Of a stretch of DNA of 54,791 bases, positions 49,024 through 54,791 are shown piece by piece. Each line of letters begins with the position of its first letter. Position 1 is the first letter of the stretch. Source of the stretch: Octopus bimaculoides (taxonomy: Eukaryota). Below the pieces are notes generated by a model. That model made no database searches. It was not told the origin of the DNA and saw nothing but the letters and a program-made list of their open reading frames with translations. The stretch lies in the NCBI RefSeq assembly GCF_001194135.2, contig NC_068986.1:67958069-68012859 (forward strand), given 5' to 3'. The translations under genes were made by a program, and so were the position numbers.

Positions 49024-49160
49024 TACACACACACATATATGTATAAATCAAATCCACCCACAAGGCTTTGTCGGCTAGTGGCTATAAAGATGTCATGCAG
49101 TGGGACTGAACCCGAAACCTTATAATTAGGAAGCAAACTTCTTACTGCACAGCCACCCGG
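48780..49160 (-). mobile_element. Family B SINE
   Basis: ttattctatcggtctcttttgccaaaccgcta ... cagtgggactgaacccgaaacc ... cttactgcacagccac. Confidence 0.85.
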
Positions 49161-49984
49161 TGCTTAGTTAAGAAAATGATAAATTAACTCAATTGTTCTC
49201 GGAGAGCAACCAAGAGACTACAAAATGTTCACAATAAGTACGCTGTAAAGCCGTATATATGAAGACATACTTTATAATGAAAGAGTTCAGAGCGAGGTAT
49301 CAATGCTTTTAGGTAAATGCGTGCCAAATGGAGGCTAGCAAAACATGAAGTAGAAATTCTGTGACTGTCGTTGACAGTTTATAAAACTTGAATGGAAAGC
49401 TATTGATTCTGTAATGCCAAGAAGTAGTGAAGCACAAATGTTGTTTTCCATTGTTAATACTCAATATATTTTGAGCTGAGAATTCTGTTATTTGTACTGT
49501 TTCTTGATTTGAAATTTGTTAGTTGTGAATGAATGAGAAAGCTGACAAATTCTAGAAGCTGTTGTCTCAGTCATTTCACTGACTCTTTTATGCTGTTATC
49601 TAGTAATTCAACTTAGTCTTTGACTGGAATTTTTTCAATTGGTCACATAATATTACTTACCAGAAGAAAAGTAATGTCATTTACTTTGTTTACCTTGCTG
49701 TATTGCAGTAAATGAGAATATCACGTACATGAACTTGTGAATCTCTGAATTTAATAGAAGCGATACTTTAATTTTGGTCAACATAGGCGTAGTTTAAGCG
49801 ATGAATATTACAGTAACTAATAAGAATAATGCTTTGGTTATTTTGTTTTTGTTTTATACTGTAGCGAAGAGCAGGAATGGTAGGAGAAGCAATTACTAGT
49901 TTAAAAATTGAAACTTGATTCAAGACTTTTTACTAGATATTTTCAAAAGCTCTTTCTCTTCAGGATGATCTGGGTCGTTTTTTA

Positions 49985-50295
49985 TTTACATAACTCTACA
50001 TCCAGTCCTTCATTTGACCATCTATCGAAGGAATTTACACACGTGTGTTTGTAGAACGTTTTCTTCACCCATTCCCTTCCGGTCATTTCAATATGTGACC
50101 GCGTGTGTATCGTTGGCGATTTTCTTTTTCCGTCTTCCCTTCTTTGGACTTCTTCTATATTTCGGATGAAGAGCTCTGCTTGAAACGTGAAATCCTCTTT
50201 CTTTTCTTTCCTTTCCCGAGCGTCCAATAACACAGTACTTGTTTCATGTCTTCGCGTTGTTGTTTTTTCTTGCTTGTTCTTGTTTGGATTGACTA
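49985..50295 (+). mobile_element. Putative PLE pseudo-LTR-like tail with a degenerate hammerhead-like motif
   Basis: Plus strand is pyrimidine-rich; CGGATGA-AGAGC-TCT-GCTT-GAAAC-GT at 50163-50188. Confidence 0.45.
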
Positions 50296-50326
50296 TATAT
50301 ATATACACACACACACACACATATAA

Positions 50327-50390
<64 letters not shown>

Positions 50391-51052
50391 ATATGGGGAG
50401 GAACTTGAAGCCCTCCAAGGCTGGTGAAGTCAGGATTGATTGATGTTGAATTTGTACGTCCGCGTAAGGGTCTTAATTTATTAAAAAGATGCATGAATGA
50501 TTCATAGTATGTCAGGAGGCCACGTAGAGGTTTTGTCATTGGTCAGACATTGTTTTCTGCATTCCAGCACCAAACCAGCCCTGACTAAAAATATATGTTG
50601 TTCTTTTAGTTATCGCTTAGCCTTAGAGCAAACCAAATCGAACAGATCCATAAAAAAAAAGCCCGCAAACTATGAGTGTCTTATCGTTTTAGTGATATGC
50701 ATCTGAGAATCTATCATCTGCTCATTTCCGAGACGGTGGAGAATAATTTGAGGGGAATGTGGCTGGTTTTTGTAAACAGGTGACGCAAAAACGTTTCTAG
50801 CATGTGATAGAAAGCCTTTACAACCACATATAAAGGCTGCTTCGGTAACTTTGTTGTTCTCGTGGTATTTTATTGTTGCTTTTATTTATGAAAGCATTAT
50901 TTTATTGGGAGGTGATCGTGTTTGAATATGTGATATGCATTGTAGCACTTAGTGTTGCTGTAATGTTTTTGTTAATGGTTTTCTTATTACCATACAGAGT
51001 GGTAGTGGCCATCAACTATTATAATCGTACCGTTTTAACATTCATGACCTAC

Positions 51053-51385
51053 GTAAAGGGCAAAAGGCAAAATCATCTCCGTTCGGTCATGAATGACCAT
51101 GAGATTGCACCTAGAAAGTTACCCTCCAAGGCACAAGTCCAGGCAAGGTTGTTTATGGAAAACCATCATTCCCCTCTCCACGCCACCGATGTTATTCAAG
51201 GGAAAGGCAAACGCCGATACAGCTTGGCACCACTGACGTCGCAACTCATTTCAACAGCTGAGTGAACTGGAGCAACATAAAATAAAGTCTTGTTCTAGAA
51301 CACAACATACAGCCCGATCCGGGAATCGAACTCACTACCTCATGATTGTGAGCCCGATGTTCCAACCACTGAGCTATGCGCCTTC
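51053..51385 (-). mobile_element. Family D tRNA-headed SINE
   Basis: Reverse-complement homolog of 21993-22315; B box gagttcgattccc. Confidence 0.88.
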
Positions 51386-51629
51386 ACTACGTAATATTTT
51401 TTTAATTCAAGCACTTTGCCAACATTTTTACTTCCTTTCAAAAAGCGTATTATTTGGAAGGGATCAAGATACCTATCTATAATGCTTAGGATTTTCCGAG
51501 CCATTAACCTTTGCCTGTCATATCTTGCAGGTTTCCTTTTATATTTCTAGCTAAGACTAACGTGTCCCAGAGTATTGTAACCAGGACATTGTCACATGAC
51601 GTGTTTTGTGCGTGATTATTCTCTTTTAC

Positions 51630-52185
51630 TCTTTTACTTGTTTCTGTCATTTGACTGCAGCCAAGCTGGGGTAGCGCCTTAAAGGGTTTTAGTCGAACAA
51701 ATCTACCCAGGACTTATTCTTTGTAAGCCTAGTACTTATTCTATCGGTGTCTTTGCCGAACCGCTAGGTGACGGGGACGTAAACACACCAACATCGGTTG
51801 TCAAGCGATGGTGAGGGTACAAAACAAGATACAAAGATGCACACATAAATATATATATATATATATATATGCGACGGGCTTCTTTCAGTTTTCGTCTACC
51901 AAATCCACTCACAAGACTTTGGTCGGCCCGAGGCTATAGTAGAAGACACTTGCCCAAGGTGCCACGCAGTGGGATTGAACCCAGAACCATGTGGTTCGTA
52001 AGCAAGCTACTTACCACACATCCACCCTTATATATATATAAATACATTCTTTTATTCTTTTGTTTCAGTCATTTAACTGTAGCCATGCTGGAGTACCAAA
52101 TCCACTCACAAGGTCAGCCCGAGGCTATAGTGAAAGACACTTGCCCAAGGTGCCACACAGTGGGACTGAACCCGGAACCTGCGTG
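51630..52185 (-). mobile_element. Two tandem family B SINEs (51630-52025 full; 52045-52185 internally deleted)
   Basis: Both match the family B consensus in reverse complement. Confidence 0.9.
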
Positions 52186-52735
52186 GAAGTACCGGTATAT
52201 TTTTCCAATGCATGTAGATTATGCCATTGCACCAGATGCGAGGGATTAATAGAGGTAAGATAAATGAATCGATGACGCAATGCATTGCTTGTAATGTTAT
52301 TCATAAATTTCATTACAACACAATTCTTGGAATTTATGGTTTCCCTACTAAATTTTGCCATAACAATAACACAGTAATATACATCTCCAAACAAACTGAG
52401 ACATTGTTATATCGATTCTCCTTCGATTGGAGTTTAAAGGGAAAATAATTCAACTGTGCAGCACAATCGCCTCTAGATGCGCGTACGTGCGTGCGTGAAC
52501 ATGAATTTTATCGGAAGAACTGAAGCAGAGCGAAACCTCGAAGGCACCGAAACCCCACTTTTTGATGATGTTTAATAAACATGTACTCTACACATAATAG
52601 TACTTAGCATTTCTTCAGCTTCATCGTAAATTGTTTTTGTTTCTTTTTTTTGTAACAAAGATTAATATATGTCAATGTATGCATATGTATATGTGTGTGG
52701 TGAGGTATATATTTGTATGTATGTGGCTGTGTATC

Positions 52736-52770
<35 letters not shown>

Positions 52771-52824
52771 CTATCTCTATGCATATATATGTCTGTGTAT
52801 ACATACATATATATACATACATAT

Positions 52825-52861
<37 letters not shown>

Positions 52862-52862
<1 letters not shown>

Positions 52863-53022
52863 CATCATCATCATCATCATCATCGTTTAACGTCTGCTTT
52901 CCATGCTAGCATGGGTTGGACGATTTGACTGAGGACTGGTGAAACCGGATGGCAACACCAGGCTCCAGTCTGATTTGGCAGAGTTTCTACAGCTGGATGC
53001 CCTTCCTAACGCCAACCACTCA
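52862..53022 (-). mobile_element. SINE 3' portion (family G) with (GAT)n tail, cut by the gap
   Basis: Minus strand gttggcgttaggaagggcatccagctgtagaaac...cccatgctagcatggaaagcagacgttaaacgatgatgatg. Confidence 0.7.
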
Positions 53023-53996
53023 TATANNNNNNNNNNNNNNNNNNNNNNNNNNNNNNNNNNNNNNNNNNNNNNNNNNNNNNNNNNNNNNNNNNNNNNNNNN
53101 NNNNNNNNNNNNNNNNNNNNNNNNNNNNNNNNNNNNNNNNNNNNNNNNNNNNNNNNNNNNNNNNNNNNNNNNNNNNNNNNNNNNNNNNNNNNNNNNNNNN
53201 NNNNNNNNNNNNNNNNNNNNNNNNNNNNNNNNNNNNNNNNNNNNNNNNNNNNNNNNNNNNNNNNNNNNNNNNNNNNNNNNNNNNNNNNNNNNNNNNNNNN
53301 NNNNNNNNNNNNNNNNNNNNNNNNNNNNNNNNNNNNNNNNNNNNNNNNNNNNNNNNNNNNNNNNNNNNNNNNNNNNNNNNNNNNNNNNNNNNNNNNNNNN
53401 NNNNNNNNNNNNNNNNNNNNNNNNNNNNNNNNNNNNNNNNNNNNNNNNNNNNNNNNNNNNNNNNNNNNNNNNNNNNNNNNNNNNNNNNNNNNNNNNNNNN
53501 NNNNNNNNNNNNNNNNNNNNNNNNNNNNNNNNNNNNNNNNNNNNNNNNNNNNNNNNNNNNNNNNNNNNNNNNNNNNNNNNNNNNNNNNNNNNNNNNNNNN
53601 NNNNNNNNNNNNNNNNNNNNNNNNNNNNNNNNNNNNNNNNNNNNNNNNNNNNNNNNNNNNNNNNNNNNNNNNNNNNNNNNNNNNNNNNNNNNNNNNNNNN
53701 NNNNNNNNNNNNNNNNNNNNNNNNNNNNNNNNNNNNNNNNNNNNNNNNNNNNNNNNNNNNNNNNNNNNNNNNNNNNNNNNNNNNNNNNNNNNNNNNNNNN
53801 NNNNNNNNNNNNNNNNNNNNNNNNNNNNNNNNNNNNNNNNNNNNNNNNNNNNNNNNNNNNNNNNNNNNNNNNNNNNNNNNNNNNNNNNNNNNNNNNNNNN
53901 NNNNNNNNNNNNNNNNNNNNNNNNNNNNNNNNNNNNNNNNNNNNNNNNNNNNNNNNNNNNNNNNNNNNNNNNNNNNNNNNNNNNNNNNNNNNNNNC

Positions 53997-54791
53997 AAGT
54001 CAGCTAGAATAAATGAAGTTATAAATAGTGGTCATATGAATACACATAATAATCTAGCTAATACCAATAATGATGCTACTAATAATTATACAAATAGAAG
54101 TGAAAATAACAATGGCGAAAGAAATTATGAAGATAGTAACAATATACTTAGTCCTACCAACCATAATTTCAACCAACAAATAGAATGCATCAGTAATGAC
54201 GTTGCGGTTTTAACTGAAGTTGATGATAGGTCCAACTCCAATAGAAATAATAGTGATCAAGGACCTAGTTCATATAATATCAATATGCCTAATGTGGAAA
54301 GAATAAGTCCAACTGGTAGCACATCAGGAGATGAATTAAATAATGATGGTAATAATCAATATATACCTAATAATAGAATTGAAGAAATGATAAATGATAT
54401 TAGTGTAAATAATTGTAGCAATAATAATAATAGAGATATTAGAAATAATATAGGTGGGGTTGATAACCCCATCATGTGCAACTGTAGAAAAAAGTCCCAT
54501 TGTCCTTTATCTGGAGTTTGTTGCACCCGTAACGTAGTGTACAGATGCATCATTAGTACTATAACCGAGAATTATATTTATATAGGATGTAGTATTAACC
54601 TGAAACAGAGAATATATAACCATAGGTCTTCTTTTAGACTAAGACATAAAGCAAATAGTACGACATTGGCAAGTAAAATTTGGGAGTTAAAAGATAATGG
54701 TATTAATTTTAGCCTTAAATGGGAAATTATAAGAAAAGCTCAACCTTATAGAAATAATAGATATGGATGTGAATTGTGTTCTATGGAAATA
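53997..54791 (+). CDS. Penelope-like element ORF C-terminal part: Asn-rich linker, CNC-x5-CPL-x-G-x-C motif, GIY-YIG endonuclease; open at both ends
   Basis: 265 codons without a stop by hand translation, ending ...MCNCRKKSHCPLSGVCCTRNVVYRCIISTITENYIYIGCSINLKQRIYNHRSSFR...STTLASKIWELKDNG...WEII...PY...CELCSMEI. The ORF track omits it, probably because no stop lies within the window. Confidence 0.88.

Noticed and set aside
49655-49700. Minus-strand splice-like pair (tacag...ctg|gtaagt) around a 37-nt segment
   Set aside because: Such signals occur by chance and there is no homology support; RNA-seq would be needed.
1192-54012. Long ORF-track entries (up to 357 aa) made of X, poly-I, poly-M, (YI)n, (CV)n, (HT)n and (LS)n
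   Set aside because: They are translations of N gaps and microsatellites, not genes.

Overview
AT-rich, microsatellite-dense eukaryotic DNA with nine assembly gaps (1269-1895, 13063-13168, 20887-21405, 23582-23591, 34557-34803, 35894-36471, 41431-42005, 44338-44882, 53027-53995); most gaps abut (TA)n or (GA)n runs. I infer a cephalopod source, probably Octopus, from the tRNA-headed SINE repertoire and the microsatellite load; this is not confirmed. I found no host protein-coding gene, and most ORF-track entries are microsatellite or N-gap artefacts. Hand translation shows a dense set of transposable-element remnants: (i) L1/Tx1-like LINE pieces (an APE fragment at 1-240 and two fused ORF1 5' ends at 18.0-20.3 kb); (ii) three Penelope-like element (PLE) pieces, including a stop-free 265-codon Asn-rich linker + Cys-motif + GIY-YIG frame at 53997-54791 that the ORF track misses; (iii) several minimal hammerhead-ribozyme-like motifs in PLE-type tails; (iv) an R4/Dong-type restriction-like endonuclease element inserted in a (TACA)n microsatellite, with a second decayed copy; (v) CR1/L2-group RT fragments; (vi) mariner halves in opposite orientation; (vii) a hAT MITE with an 8-bp TSD; (viii) a complete non-autonomous Helitron; and (ix) about 35 SINE copies from roughly eight families. 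The best leads are the (CATA)n-associated R4/Dong element, the open PLE endonuclease frame with its Asn-rich linker, and the hammerhead-like motifs. SINE family letters are my own labels and repeat boundaries are approximate.
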